This document shows positions 18,405-28,457 of a stretch of DNA of 63,913 nucleotides, in pieces; position 1 is the first letter of the stretch; every line of letters begins with the position of its first letter. The DNA lies in contig CAIWAX010000251.1 in NCBI GenBank assembly GCA_903910795.1, positions 1 to 63,913 of the forward strand. Direction: 5' to 3'. A model generated the notes under the pieces. That model was not told the DNA's origin, made no database searches, and saw only the letters and a program-made list of their open reading frames with translations. Position numbers and translations under genes: made by a program. Origin of the DNA: an uncultured Anaerolineae bacterium. Lineage in GTDB: Bacteria; Chloroflexota; Anaerolineae; Anaerolineales; Villigracilaceae.

Positions 18405-19427
18405 TCAGGGTATACGATTAAACCAGATCAGCGTTAAAAAGCCACCAGTGAGAAGGAAAAGCAGACCCAGCCCAGCCAGCATCGAGGTCACTTCCGTTTT
18501 TTCGGATGTGATCACCATCAGGGGTTTGATATTGGCATAGATGGCGCGCAAGTCATCTTCATTTTGAGCGTTATAGTAAACGCCATCCGTTATCTGAGAA
18601 ATTTGTTTTAGCAGGCCTTCATCCAATTGAGTATGGATGGTAAAACCGTTTACTTCCAAGTTCGCTCCAGTTGGACTTCCGATACCAATGGTGTGTATCT
18701 TCACCCCGCGATCAGCCGCAGACTGCGCAGCTTTCAATGGATCGGGCTGCATATTGTTTTCGCCATCTGTGATCAAAACGATCAGCGCTGATGAATTGCT
18801 GCCAGCCGGGATAGGAATTGGAGTCGGCAACAAGTCAGGAGAAAAATCACTGCTTTGTTGAGGAATTTGACCGGCCTCTTTGGCAATAGTGTCGAGAGAA
18901 ATATTGATTCCGGTAGCCAGTGAAGTACCGCGTTCAGGTTGGATCCGGCCAAGCGAAGCAAGGATGGCCTGCTGATCGTTGGTTGGAGCTTGCACAGAAA
19001 AGCCGCTGTCACTGAATGCGACTATTCCAATCTGTACAGCGGCAGGCTGGCGTTGAACGAAATCTTTCGCGACAGCTTTGGCAGCCTCAAGGCGGGTGGG
19101 TTTAATATCATCGGCTGCCATGCTCCCCGAGACATCAAAAGCCAGGATAACTGTTTCCTTCATTTCTGGCAGACTGATTACCATTTGAGGGCGAGCCAGC
19201 GCGATGATGAGTATGGTCAAACCAGCCAGGAAGAACAAAACGGGCAGTCTTTGGCGCAATCCGAATCGGCGTTCACTGGCTTGCCGAAAAAAAGCCAGGT
19301 TTCCGCTTTTGTTCGCCAGTTGGCGCCGGTGAGCCAAAAAACGCACATAAAGCACGATGGCGATGGGATTGAATAACAACAACCAGAGCAAAACCGGCCA
19401 GATAAATGTCACAGGCGGGTTTTCCAT
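18405..19427 (-). CDS. VWA-domain membrane protein (BatB-like)
   Basis: TM helices, MIDAS 'ILAFDVSGSM', 'LITDGENN' and a C-terminal TM segment. Confidence 0.8.
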   Translation of the reverse strand: MENPPVTFIWPVLLWLLLFNPIAIVLYVRFLAHRRQLANKSGNLAFFRQASERRFGLRQRLPVLFFLAGLTILIIALARPQMVISLPEMKETVILAFDVSGSMAADDIKPTRLEAAKAVAKDFVQRQPAAVQIGIVAFSDSGFSVQAPTNDQQAILASLGRIQPERGTSLATGINISLDTIAKEAGQIPQQSSDFSPDLLPTPIPIPAGSNSSALIVLITDGENNMQPDPLKAAQSAADRGVKIHTIGIGSPTGANLEVNGFTIHTQLDEGLLKQISQITDGVYYNAQNEDDLRAIYANIKPLMVITSEKTEVTSMLAGLGLLFLLTGGFLTLIWFNRIP

Positions 19428-20326
19428 TACCTTTTGTGCCTTTCCCGAAGTGACGCAAAACGGACGATGGCCGCCACCATATCTTCTTCTGTCGATAAGG
19501 TTAAAACATCCACCCCGGCATGTTTCAAAGCGCCATGAATGGCAATCTGGCGCTGTTGGGATGCCAGTTTAAATCGCTTTCGGAAACCCTGATCGTGGGT
19601 ATCCACATATAATTGTTCTCCAGTTTCAGAATCTTCCAAAACAATCGAACCAACATCCGGCAGTTCGAGTTCACGCGGATCTAAAATTTGAATTGCAATC
19701 ACTTCGTGGTGTTGGTTAAGCAAATTCAAGGGTTTTTCCCAGCCCGGCGAACTAATAAAATCGGTGATTATAAAGACAAGCGAACGTTTTTTAATTGAAG
19801 CAAGAGCGCCCTGGAACAACACTGACAAATTCGTCAACGGCGCATTATTTAAATGGGGCTGTTTAAGCATGTCACTGATCAACCGCAAGACCTGGAACCG
19901 GCCTCCCCGGGCAGGAATAACCTTCTCAACCTGACTGTTGTAGAACATGGCCCCCACCCGGTTGCCGTGGCGGGTTAGCAGTCTGGCGAAAGTAGCAACA
20001 AAATCTATCAATAGGGTGCGCTTGGAATTCTCTACCAAACCAAAATCCAGGGATGGACTGAAATCAAGCAAAAACCAGGCCGTGATATCGCGGTCTTCAA
20101 TATACTGCCGCACATAAAGCGAATCCATTCTGGCGCTGACGTTCCAATCAATATAACGAATATCATCGTCCGGCTGGTATTCACGCAGGTCTGCAAAATC
20201 CACGCCATAGCCGTAAAACAGGCTGCGGTAATCACCTTGCAGCAAACCATCCAGGCGGCGGATTACCTGCCAGTCCAGGCGATACAGGATGCGCTCAGGC
20301 GTTTGATTTGAGTTCAAGATGCTCAT
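19427..20326 (-). CDS. DUF58-family protein
   Basis: 'DFADLREYQPDDDIRYIDWNVSAR' is the DUF58 signature. The start is uncertain: ATG at 20326 or TTG at 20359. Either one overlaps the end of the MoxR gene. Confidence 0.8.
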   Translation of the reverse strand: MSILNSNQTPERILYRLDWQVIRRLDGLLQGDYRSLFYGYGVDFADLREYQPDDDIRYIDWNVSARMDSLYVRQYIEDRDITAWFLLDFSPSLDFGLVENSKRTLLIDFVATFARLLTRHGNRVGAMFYNSQVEKVIPARGGRFQVLRLISDMLKQPHLNNAPLTNLSVLFQGALASIKKRSLVFIITDFISSPGWEKPLNLLNQHHEVIAIQILDPRELELPDVGSIVLEDSETGEQLYVDTHDQGFRKRFKLASQQRQIAIHGALKHAGVDVLTLSTEEDMVAAIVRFASLRERHKR

Positions 20327-21305
20327 GGAGGGGTACCAACGGGAGTGGGATGCGTCCAAGGATTTTATTCAATAACTCGTCGGTGGTGACATTATCGGAG
20401 AGGGCTTCATAAGAAAGCACGATACGGTGACGCAAAACATCATACGCCATATCCAAAATATCCTGCGGAAAAACATAATTCCTCCCGCGCACAAAAGCCA
20501 GCGCCCGGGCAGTCAAAATCAGATTGATCGAGGCGCGCGGACTGGCGCCAAACATAATGTAATGGCTCAGTTCTTTCAAGCCTACATCGGCTGGTTTCCG
20601 TGTGGCGGTGACCACTTTCACCGCGTATTCAATCAAGGCAGAATCGACAAAAACATTATCCACTTTTTTTTGGAGGTCAATCAACTGCTCGGTTTCCAAA
20701 ACTTTCTGGACAGCCTGAATTACCCCGGTCATTCTTTCCACAATGACGAATTCTTCAGTAGGACTGGGGTACCCCACCAATACCTTGAGCATAAACCTAT
20801 CAACTTGAGCTTCAGGTAGAGCATAAGTACCTTCCGTTTCAATTGGGTTTTGGGTGGCCAGAACCAGAAATGGGTTGGGTACCTGGAAAGTTTCACGTCC
20901 AATGGTTACCTGTCGTTCCTGCATTACTTCAAGCAAAGCGCTTTGAACCTTGGCAGGTGCGCGATTGATTTCATCAGCCAGTAACAAATTTGTAAATACC
21001 GGGCCCAGGGAAGTATTAAATTCGCCAGTCTTCTGGTTGTAAATGCGAGTGCCCACCAAATCAGCAGGTACAAGGTCAGGGGTGAACTGGATACGTTTAA
21101 AATCGCCCCCAATTGCTTCAGCCAGAGTTTTAATTGCCATGGTCTTCGCCAATCCGGGCACTCCTTCAACCAGGATGTGGCCGCGCGCCAGTAACGCCAC
21201 CACCAGGCGTTCCAATAAATGATCCTGCCCAACAATCACCTTTTTTACTTCATAAAGAACACGTTCCATGGGAAGTTTATTTTCCTGATTATTCGTAGAA
21301 ACCAT
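20295..21305 (-). CDS. MoxR-family AAA+ ATPase
   Basis: Walker A 'GVPGLAKT', Walker B 'LLADEINRA' and 'ATQNPIETEGTYALPEAQVDRF'. Confidence 0.9.
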   Translation of the reverse strand: MVSTNNQENKLPMERVLYEVKKVIVGQDHLLERLVVALLARGHILVEGVPGLAKTMAIKTLAEAIGGDFKRIQFTPDLVPADLVGTRIYNQKTGEFNTSLGPVFTNLLLADEINRAPAKVQSALLEVMQERQVTIGRETFQVPNPFLVLATQNPIETEGTYALPEAQVDRFMLKVLVGYPSPTEEFVIVERMTGVIQAVQKVLETEQLIDLQKKVDNVFVDSALIEYAVKVVTATRKPADVGLKELSHYIMFGASPRASINLILTARALAFVRGRNYVFPQDILDMAYDVLRHRIVLSYEALSDNVTTDELLNKILGRIPLPLVPLHEHLELKSNA

Positions 21306-21332
21306 CGATCTTCTCCTTTAGCTAAAAATAAT

Positions 21333-21564
21333 GTAACTGCTCACGGGTTGTATACTTTTAGGCAAGAACCTATCCTCGCTAAGAACGTGCGAGGTGAAAG
21401 AACCCTTCCCGAAACGGGAAGGGGGAGACGGTACTTTTTGTGGTGATTTCGCGCCAAATTTGGGCGCGAAATCACCACTTGCGAGGGGACCCAGCGATTG
21501 TCGTTTCACTTGGGCATTAAATCGTGATGGTTATGCCCAAACCAAGACACGGGTGAGCAGTTAC
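21333..21564. mobile_element. Possible degenerate non-autonomous (MITE-like) element with IS66-type ends
   Basis: GTAACTGCTCAC at 21333-21344 and its reverse complement GTGAGCAGTTAC at 21553-21564. A degenerate third copy GTGAGCAGTAAC lies at 21624-21635. These ends match the first 11 nt of the IS66 IR at 14666. I found no TSD. The interior contains two strong hairpins. Confidence 0.3.
21440..21478. repeat. Perfect 16-bp-stem hairpin/palindrome
   Basis: GTGGTGATTTCGCGCC-aaatttg-GGCGCGAAATCACCAC. A second hairpin, CCCTTCCCG-aaa-CGGGAAGGG, lies at 21403-21423. Confidence 0.8.
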
Positions 21565-21643
21565 CCATATTCTTTCATCCGCAGACCGAAGTCGGAAAGG
21601 ATTATGGTCAAACCGGCAAACCGGTGAGCAGTAACATAAAAAA

Positions 21644-22501
21644 TTAATAAAGCGGAGGGGAACCCAGACTGCCTACCGCAACCGTAATTGGCACAGCAAA
21701 ACCGATGCCGACAAAGAAATTTTGGTCAGTTGGATTGACAATCCCGGTAATAATCCCAATTACACTCCCATCGCGATTTAGCAAAGGACCACCAGAATTG
21801 CCAGGGTTTACCGCTGCGTCAATCTGGATCATGCCATGCAGTTCAATATCACTTTTGGGAATCTTGAATACACGGTCAAAGCCTGAAATGACTCCCGAAC
21901 TCATCGAACTGTATAGACCAAAGGGATTTCCGACCACATAGGCTTCATCGCCTACATGCATCGCGGCTGGATTTCCCAAAACTGCCGGGATCACTTTTTG
22001 AGGCGGGGTTTGCGCCTGCAAAACTGCGATATCGTTATCGGGCTGTGAACTTATAACCCTGGCAGCAGATTGGCTGCCGTCGGCAAAGGTTACTCTGATA
22101 TCAGTCGCATCCTTCACCACATGCAAGCTGGTAAGAATATCACCGCTTTTATCAATCACCACCCCGCTTCCCAGACCATAATCAGGTGCACTGGTGGCTT
22201 TTGAATCTGAGGTCTCAATCAAAACCAGAGAAGGTTGAATAATCTGATAGACCCGGGAAGAAAAAGATGGTTCAGGTGTAGCCGAAGCCAGAACCTGATT
22301 AACAGTGTTCTTGATATCGGTTGTCGTGATTTGTTTTGGCGGTGGAAAAATGGCAAAGTAAATAAAAACCGCCAAAAAAGCCGCCAGAACCCCCAATGTG
22401 AAAGGCGCTATTTTAACCAACAGCAAAATCACGCTTTTAGCCAGGCTGCGGAGTTTTTCTAGTTTCGTAACAGATGGGGTATTTGGATTATTTTCCATCA
22501 T
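21644..22501 (-). CDS. Trypsin-like (S1C/HtrA-like) serine protease, membrane-anchored, no PDZ domain
   Basis: N-terminal TM helix. 'LTSLHVV' (His), 'DIAVLQ' (Asp) and 'GNSGGPLL' (Ser) form the catalytic triad context. Confidence 0.8.
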   Translation of the reverse strand: MMENNPNTPSVTKLEKLRSLAKSVILLLVKIAPFTLGVLAAFLAVFIYFAIFPPPKQITTTDIKNTVNQVLASATPEPSFSSRVYQIIQPSLVLIETSDSKATSAPDYGLGSGVVIDKSGDILTSLHVVKDATDIRVTFADGSQSAARVISSQPDNDIAVLQAQTPPQKVIPAVLGNPAAMHVGDEAYVVGNPFGLYSSMSSGVISGFDRVFKIPKSDIELHGMIQIDAAVNPGNSGGPLLNRDGSVIGIITGIVNPTDQNFFVGIGFAVPITVAVGSLGSPPLY

Positions 22502-22858
22502 TAAATGTACAAACAGAAAGAAAAATGTGGCTTCGTTGATTTTTATTATTCATTCAAAAGTTCCAATACTTAACTATATGTTCAGATTCTAAATCCAGAA
22601 TGAGAAAACAGCCGGGAGTTTCAATATCCACAATATCTGTATAATTCATTCAAGTTTTATTCGGACAGAATGCCCCTGCTGCCCCAGTCAATATGATCCC
22701 TTTCACCTGAATTAAATGACAAAAATATGAACATACTCCACGGCGAAACATGTTATATTTCTGATCATTAGAATGTCATGGTTCCTTTTCGTGATATCGG
22801 TCTACGCCAAATTAATCAACCTTCCTGCTAACACAAACAAGAACATGGAGTTTTTAGG

Positions 22859-23341
22859 ATGAATACAACAAAAATCCTGGAATATGCCCTGGAACGCGAG
22901 TACGAAGGCAAACGATTTTTCCTCGAAAACGCATCCCGTTTGCAAAACGCCGCCGCGCAAGGCGCCTTCAAGGCCATCGCCGCCGAAGAACAAAGACATA
23001 TTGATTTTATCGCCGCGCAGTTGGCTGCCCAAAATGCCGGCACCCCGAGCGAACTACCCGAATTGCCTACCGCTGGCTTTTTTGCCGATCGCGCTGAGAA
23101 TGAAGAAATAGAGCAGAAGGTGGCCGAATCCATGGTTGCCGATTTGCCGGTGTTACGCATGGCTTACTTGATCGAACGGGATTTTGCAGAATTTTATGCC
23201 ATGGCTGCTTCAAAGACAGAGGGCGATGCGCACAAAGTTCTGGACATGCTGGCGCGCTGGGAATCGGGTCATGAGCGCCTTTTTAAACATTTGCACGACA
23301 AAGCTTTTGAGCAATACGCGGGGATGCCCTGGGGTGGATAG
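22859..23341 (+). CDS. Ferritin-like / rubrerythrin-family diiron protein
   Basis: 'EREYEGKRFF' and 'AAEEQRHIDF' give ExxH-type diiron motifs, with a second half 'ERDFAEFY' and 'ESGHERLF'. Confidence 0.65.
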   Translation: MNTTKILEYALEREYEGKRFFLENASRLQNAAAQGAFKAIAAEEQRHIDFIAAQLAAQNAGTPSELPELPTAGFFADRAENEEIEQKVAESMVADLPVLRMAYLIERDFAEFYAMAASKTEGDAHKVLDMLARWESGHERLFKHLHDKAFEQYAGMPWGG

Positions 23342-23435
23342 CCCGCAGCCAAAAAGTGATTCAGCATACAAACGAGCCGTGAATGGGAAGTGATATCTTA
23401 CCCAATCACGGCTTATGTTTGGTAAAATCGCCATT

Positions 23436-25079
23436 ATGCGTAAATTTTCTTTTGTCTTTTTGACTCTGGCAATACTTGTCAGTTCCTGTACTCGAACCGC
23501 ACCGGTTCAACCTCAAAGCACACCCATCCTAATCACACCGATTGCCGATCCGAATCTCCCCACTACCATCCCGATTCAAACCTTTCTACCGCCCACACGC
23601 ATGCCAGGGGTACCCATCTCGAGTCCAACTCCGAACGGCGGAGTGATTGCATTTCCAACATTTACGGCTTTACCCGCCATACCAACTGAAAAGCCCACGG
23701 ATGCATCCACAACCGCCTCAGTCCCTGCATCCACACCTGGGCAGCAAACCTACACTGTTCAAGCAAACGACTTCCCATCCGCCATCGCTGAAAAATTTGG
23801 CATATCTACTGATACACTCCTGTCAGCCAACAATCTCGGGACGGATGCTGTGATTTATCCCGGTGATACTCTCATCATTCCAGTTGACAGTACACCGCTT
23901 CCAGCAGATGCCAGCCCCACGGCTTCAACCGCCGCACAATCTGCCGGAGGTTCAGGTTATTTTAAAATTGTTCCTGATTCCGAACTGGTTTACGGCCCGC
24001 TCAGTTCCATGCTGGATGTGAACGCGTATGTTCAAAAACAGGGCGGTTACCTGGCTTTTTATACGCAAGATGTCAACGGCCAGACATTGTCTGGCGCCCA
24101 GGTTGTCACGCTGGTCTCGCAAAATTACTCTGTCAATCCAAGATTATTGCTCGCCCTGCTGGAATACCGTGCCCAATGGGTCACAAACCCCAACCCGGCG
24201 CCTTCCACCAAATACACACCGATTGGTTATGTTGATGATTTCCACCAGGGACTATACCGCCAGTTGACGTGGAGCGCGAATGCGTTAAACGAGGGTTTCT
24301 ATCACTGGAAAGAAGGAAAAATCCAGTCCTGGACACTGGCTGATGGTAGTTCAGTGGTACCCCAGCCCGGCATTAACCCGGGCACAGCCGCGATTGAAAA
24401 TATATTTGCCAAGCTGGACAGCCATGATACCTGGCAAAATGACACAGGATCTGATGGTCTGTTCAATACATTTAACAAAATGTTCGGATATTCCTTTGAT
24501 TTAGCGGTAGAACCGCTCATTCCCCAGGGACTGACTCAGCCAACGCTCACTCTGCCTTTTGCAAAAGGAGAAGTCTGGCAATTCACCGGCGGGCCGCACG
24601 GTGGATGGGATGAAGGATCCACCTGGGCCGCTGTAGATTTTGCACCGCCCGGAGATCCAGTCGGATGCGGGCCATCGGATGCCTGGGCTTTGGCCTCGGT
24701 TCCTGGTCTGATCGTCCGCGCAGACAATGGTGCAGTGATGGAAGACCTGGACGGCGACGGCCTGGAACAAACCGGTTGGGACATCCTTTATATGCACATG
24801 GAGAGCCGCGATCGCGTAAAGGCTGGTACCTATGTTCAAACCGGTGATCGGATTGGTCACCCTTCGTGCGAAGGTGGCCTGGCAAACGCGGATCACCTGC
24901 ACATTGCCAGAAAATACAACGGTGTATGGATCGCGGCGGCTGATCCGAGCGTTCCTTTTGTGATGGATGGGTACGTTGTCAGTGGCACGGATGTGGAATA
25001 TGACGGATGGTTGAAAGGCAATGGCAAGGTGATTGAAGCCTGGAACGGTAAAGGCAGCATCAATCAAATCCAGCGCTAG
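23436..25079 (+). CDS. LysM + M23 metallopeptidase lipoprotein (paralog 1)
   Basis: Lipobox 'LVSSC'. LysM 'YTVQANDFPSAIAEKFGISTDTLLSANNL...GDTLIIP'. M23 core 'GWDILYMHM...GDRIGHPSCEGG...ADHLHIARKYNG'. Confidence 0.85.
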   Translation: MRKFSFVFLTLAILVSSCTRTAPVQPQSTPILITPIADPNLPTTIPIQTFLPPTRMPGVPISSPTPNGGVIAFPTFTALPAIPTEKPTDASTTASVPASTPGQQTYTVQANDFPSAIAEKFGISTDTLLSANNLGTDAVIYPGDTLIIPVDSTPLPADASPTASTAAQSAGGSGYFKIVPDSELVYGPLSSMLDVNAYVQKQGGYLAFYTQDVNGQTLSGAQVVTLVSQNYSVNPRLLLALLEYRAQWVTNPNPAPSTKYTPIGYVDDFHQGLYRQLTWSANALNEGFYHWKEGKIQSWTLADGSSVVPQPGINPGTAAIENIFAKLDSHDTWQNDTGSDGLFNTFNKMFGYSFDLAVEPLIPQGLTQPTLTLPFAKGEVWQFTGGPHGGWDEGSTWAAVDFAPPGDPVGCGPSDAWALASVPGLIVRADNGAVMEDLDGDGLEQTGWDILYMHMESRDRVKAGTYVQTGDRIGHPSCEGGLANADHLHIARKYNGVWIAAADPSVPFVMDGYVVSGTDVEYDGWLKGNGKVIEAWNGKGSINQIQR

Positions 25080-25235
25080 AAATACTTTGGTTACTGATCC
25101 AACAAAGAAGTGAAACTGGGCCAGGGATGATACGCCCAGTTTCTTTTCTTTGTTGGATCAACTGGTTGGATTTCATTAGTGCTTCATAATTTTTAAGTGG
25201 AGATTCTTCCTGCTGGTATAATCTTCTCAACAGCT

Positions 25236-26861
25236 ATGAATAAACTCCTGTACATTTTCCATGTCACCATCATCAGCGCATTACTGACCTCTTGCGCTGG
25301 TAAAACTCCCGGATTGTGGAGCGCGCAAGCCACACCCACACATCCAAGCCAGCCAGCTCCAACCATCACCCTCACCCTCCAACCGACAATCAGCCCATCC
25401 CCCAGTATCACCCCTTTAATGGTGATCCCCATGCCTGGCACCCAAACACCAGAAATAGGTAGCACGCCCGTGCTGCAAACTCCCGACCCAAAACTCACAA
25501 CGAAACCAGCAACCGCCACGCTTCCACCAGTAAATACATCCGGGGTACCCATGGATCAATACTGGACTCAGGGCGGCGATACACTTAACATTCTGTCCAA
25601 ACGGTTTTCCTTAAGTCCCGATCAGTTCATCGCCAATATCAACCTGCCGCTGCCCGATCAACTCATCCCAGTTAATACCCTGCTCCTGGTGCCTAAACCC
25701 GCCCCAGATAGTAAGTTTACTTCCTCCGAGCGCACCATCCCGGATAGCGAAGTGGCTTTTGGCCCATCGAGCATCAATTTCAGCTCTCAGGATTATGTGG
25801 TTTCCAAAGGTGGATTCCTTTCAACCTACCGGGTTTATACCGTTTTTGCCGGATGGTTAACAGGCTATCAGGCAGTGGATAGCATATCGCAAGACAATTC
25901 CTTGAGCCCGCGCATTCTACTGGCGATTATTGAGTATGAAAGTCACTGGGTACTCGGACAGCCCACCAACCTGGCCCAGGAAGACTATCCGTTGGGATAC
26001 ATCGATTTTAGTTACCGCGGTCTCTTCAGGCAGTTGATGTGGGCATCAGGCGCGCTCTCGGATGGATACTACCGCTGGCGTTCTGGCGACTTGCACGAAA
26101 TTAAATTTAAAGATGGATCAAAACTGCGTCTTAGCCCTTTCCTGAACGCTGGTTCCGTGGCAGTGCAATATTATTTTGCCCAAAACCACACTCGCGCTGA
26201 ATGGGAACAAGCCATGTCGCCAAACGGGTTCCCCGCGCTTTATGCGCGTATGTTCGGCCCCACCTTGCAGCGCGCCGAGGCTTTTGAGCCCACCATTCCC
26301 GATGGATTGACCCAACCCGCTTTGACATTACCTTTTGAACTCGGAAAACTATGGGCGCTGACCAGTGGCCCGCACTCGGCCTGGGAAAAACAGGGCGGCG
26401 CATTGGCAGCGCTCGACCTGGCCCCTGGCTCAATGGAATCAGGCTGCGTATTAAGCGATGCCTGGGTTGTGGCACCCGCGGCTGGCAAAGTTGTGCGAGT
26501 TGGACAGGGCGAAGTCATCTTCGATCTGGATATGGATGGTTACGAGCAAACTGGATGGGATATTTTGTTCATGCACATTCGAAACGATGAGAAGGCGCAA
26601 CTTGGCCAGGTGCTTCAACCGGGCGATCACATTGGGCATCCTTCCTGTGAAGGCGGCGTGGCAACCGGTACCCATCTACACATCGCGCGAAAATACAACG
26701 GCGAATGGATTCTGGCCGATGGGCCGTTGGCTTTCAATATGGATGGCTGGATCGCTCATAATGGCAGTCTTCCCGAAAAAGGCACCATGACACGCAACGG
26801 ACAGACCGTCACCGCCTGTACCTGTTCATCAAAAGAAACTAACCTGATCCGCGGTCAATAA
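25236..26861 (+). CDS. LysM + M23 metallopeptidase lipoprotein (paralog 2)
   Basis: Lipobox 'LLTSC'. Same architecture, with 'GWDILFMHI...GDHIGHPSCEGGVATGTHLHIARKYNG'. Confidence 0.85.
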   Translation: MNKLLYIFHVTIISALLTSCAGKTPGLWSAQATPTHPSQPAPTITLTLQPTISPSPSITPLMVIPMPGTQTPEIGSTPVLQTPDPKLTTKPATATLPPVNTSGVPMDQYWTQGGDTLNILSKRFSLSPDQFIANINLPLPDQLIPVNTLLLVPKPAPDSKFTSSERTIPDSEVAFGPSSINFSSQDYVVSKGGFLSTYRVYTVFAGWLTGYQAVDSISQDNSLSPRILLAIIEYESHWVLGQPTNLAQEDYPLGYIDFSYRGLFRQLMWASGALSDGYYRWRSGDLHEIKFKDGSKLRLSPFLNAGSVAVQYYFAQNHTRAEWEQAMSPNGFPALYARMFGPTLQRAEAFEPTIPDGLTQPALTLPFELGKLWALTSGPHSAWEKQGGALAALDLAPGSMESGCVLSDAWVVAPAAGKVVRVGQGEVIFDLDMDGYEQTGWDILFMHIRNDEKAQLGQVLQPGDHIGHPSCEGGVATGTHLHIARKYNGEWILADGPLAFNMDGWIAHNGSLPEKGTMTRNGQTVTACTCSSKETNLIRGQ

Positions 26862-28372
26862 TGAAACACAGTCAAAATGATATGCACCGGTTGATCTTCC
26901 AAAACCAGCCTGCCCGTGTGCAGGGAAAAATCATCCTGATGCTTCTGGTCATACTGCTGGGGGGCTGCACACCGGACGGAATAGCAACAACCGTCGCCAA
27001 TAATTCCACCCAGTTACCAGGTTTTCCGACACCGGAAGCCCTTTTTACCCCCCTGCCCGCCCGCCCGCCATACAGCCCGGGCCAGTTGGTAGATTACATT
27101 GCACAGAGCGGAGATACGCTCCCCGCGCTGGCGGCTCGTTTTAATACAAACATTTCAGAAATCCGTAAGGCCAACCCGATCATTCCGCAAACAGCCACCA
27201 GCATGCCGCCGGGTTTCCCGATGAAAATCCCTATTTATTACCTGCCATTGTGGGGGACTCCTTACCAGATCATTCCAGATAGTGTATTTGTAGACGGCCC
27301 GGCGAGTCTTGATTTCAATATGGAGGCCTTTGTACAATCCCAACCTGGCTGGTTCAAAAATTACCGCGAACAACTTGGAGATGGCCCTCACAGCGGCACT
27401 GAAATTATCCGGCTGGTGGCCAATAACTTCAGCGTTAGCCCACGACTGATGCTGGCTTTACTGGAATATTACGCTCAGGCACTCAGCAACCCCACGCCAC
27501 CCACCACACCCTATGTTCTGGGATTCCAGGATCAATTTCACCAGGGGGTCTATCTCCAACTGGTTTACCTGGCCAACATCCTGAACAACGGCTATTACGG
27601 CTGGCGGCGGGGCAGCCTGCTCGAATTTGAACACCCGGACGGGCGCATCGAGCGGCCTGATCCGTGGCAAAACGCCGCCACAGTTGCAATCCAATACATC
27701 TTTGCCCAGCAATATTCTTCACCAGTCTTCGATCAAATGATCGGCCCTGGCGGCCTGGCCCAAACCTACAGCAAATTATTTGGAGATCCCTGGACCAACG
27801 TCAAGCCGCCTATCCCTGGCAGCCTGCTGCAGCCTGCGCTGATTCTGCCATTTGAACCGGGTAAGGGCTGGACGTTGACCGGCGGGCCGCATACAGGCTG
27901 GGGCAAAGGCGAACCTTACGCTGCCATTGATTTTGCCCCCAACGGCGTTTCAGGGTGTGGCATTTCGGATGATTGGGTTACTGCCATGGCAGATGGCGTG
28001 ATCGCGCGTTCTGATTTTGGCGAGGTGCTGCTGGACCTGGATGGAGACGGCAAGGAACAAACCGGCTGGGTAATTTTTTACTTGCATCTGGGCAGTAATG
28101 ACAAGGTGGCACAGGGCGTTCATGTCAAAGCCGGAGACCGGCTGGGGCATCCTTCCTGCCAGGGTGGCGAGACAACCGGCACGCATGTGCATATCGCGCG
28201 AAAATATGATGGGGAGTGGATGTTGGCCGACAGCCCGATACCCTTTGATATGGAAGGTTGGATATTACATGACGGGCCTGAACCTTACCTGGGCACCATG
28301 ACGCGTTACTCACAGATTGTGATTGCCTCCGATCAATCGGAAGGCAAATCCTATATCCGCTCGGATCGGTAA
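26861..28372 (+). CDS. LysM + M23 metallopeptidase lipoprotein (paralog 3)
   Basis: Lipobox 'LLGGC', with 'GWVIFYLHL...GDRLGHPSCQGGETTGTHVHIARKYDG'. The start overlaps the stop of paralog 2 (TAATG). Confidence 0.85.
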   Translation: MKHSQNDMHRLIFQNQPARVQGKIILMLLVILLGGCTPDGIATTVANNSTQLPGFPTPEALFTPLPARPPYSPGQLVDYIAQSGDTLPALAARFNTNISEIRKANPIIPQTATSMPPGFPMKIPIYYLPLWGTPYQIIPDSVFVDGPASLDFNMEAFVQSQPGWFKNYREQLGDGPHSGTEIIRLVANNFSVSPRLMLALLEYYAQALSNPTPPTTPYVLGFQDQFHQGVYLQLVYLANILNNGYYGWRRGSLLEFEHPDGRIERPDPWQNAATVAIQYIFAQQYSSPVFDQMIGPGGLAQTYSKLFGDPWTNVKPPIPGSLLQPALILPFEPGKGWTLTGGPHTGWGKGEPYAAIDFAPNGVSGCGISDDWVTAMADGVIARSDFGEVLLDLDGDGKEQTGWVIFYLHLGSNDKVAQGVHVKAGDRLGHPSCQGGETTGTHVHIARKYDGEWMLADSPIPFDMEGWILHDGPEPYLGTMTRYSQIVIASDQSEGKSYIRSDR

Positions 28373-28457
28373 ACATTCAAGGCTGTCGGTAACATAAGCG
28401 ACACATTATGGAACGTTTTTTTTTGTTTCCCGCAAGAAACAAGTTCTTCAGCACTGC

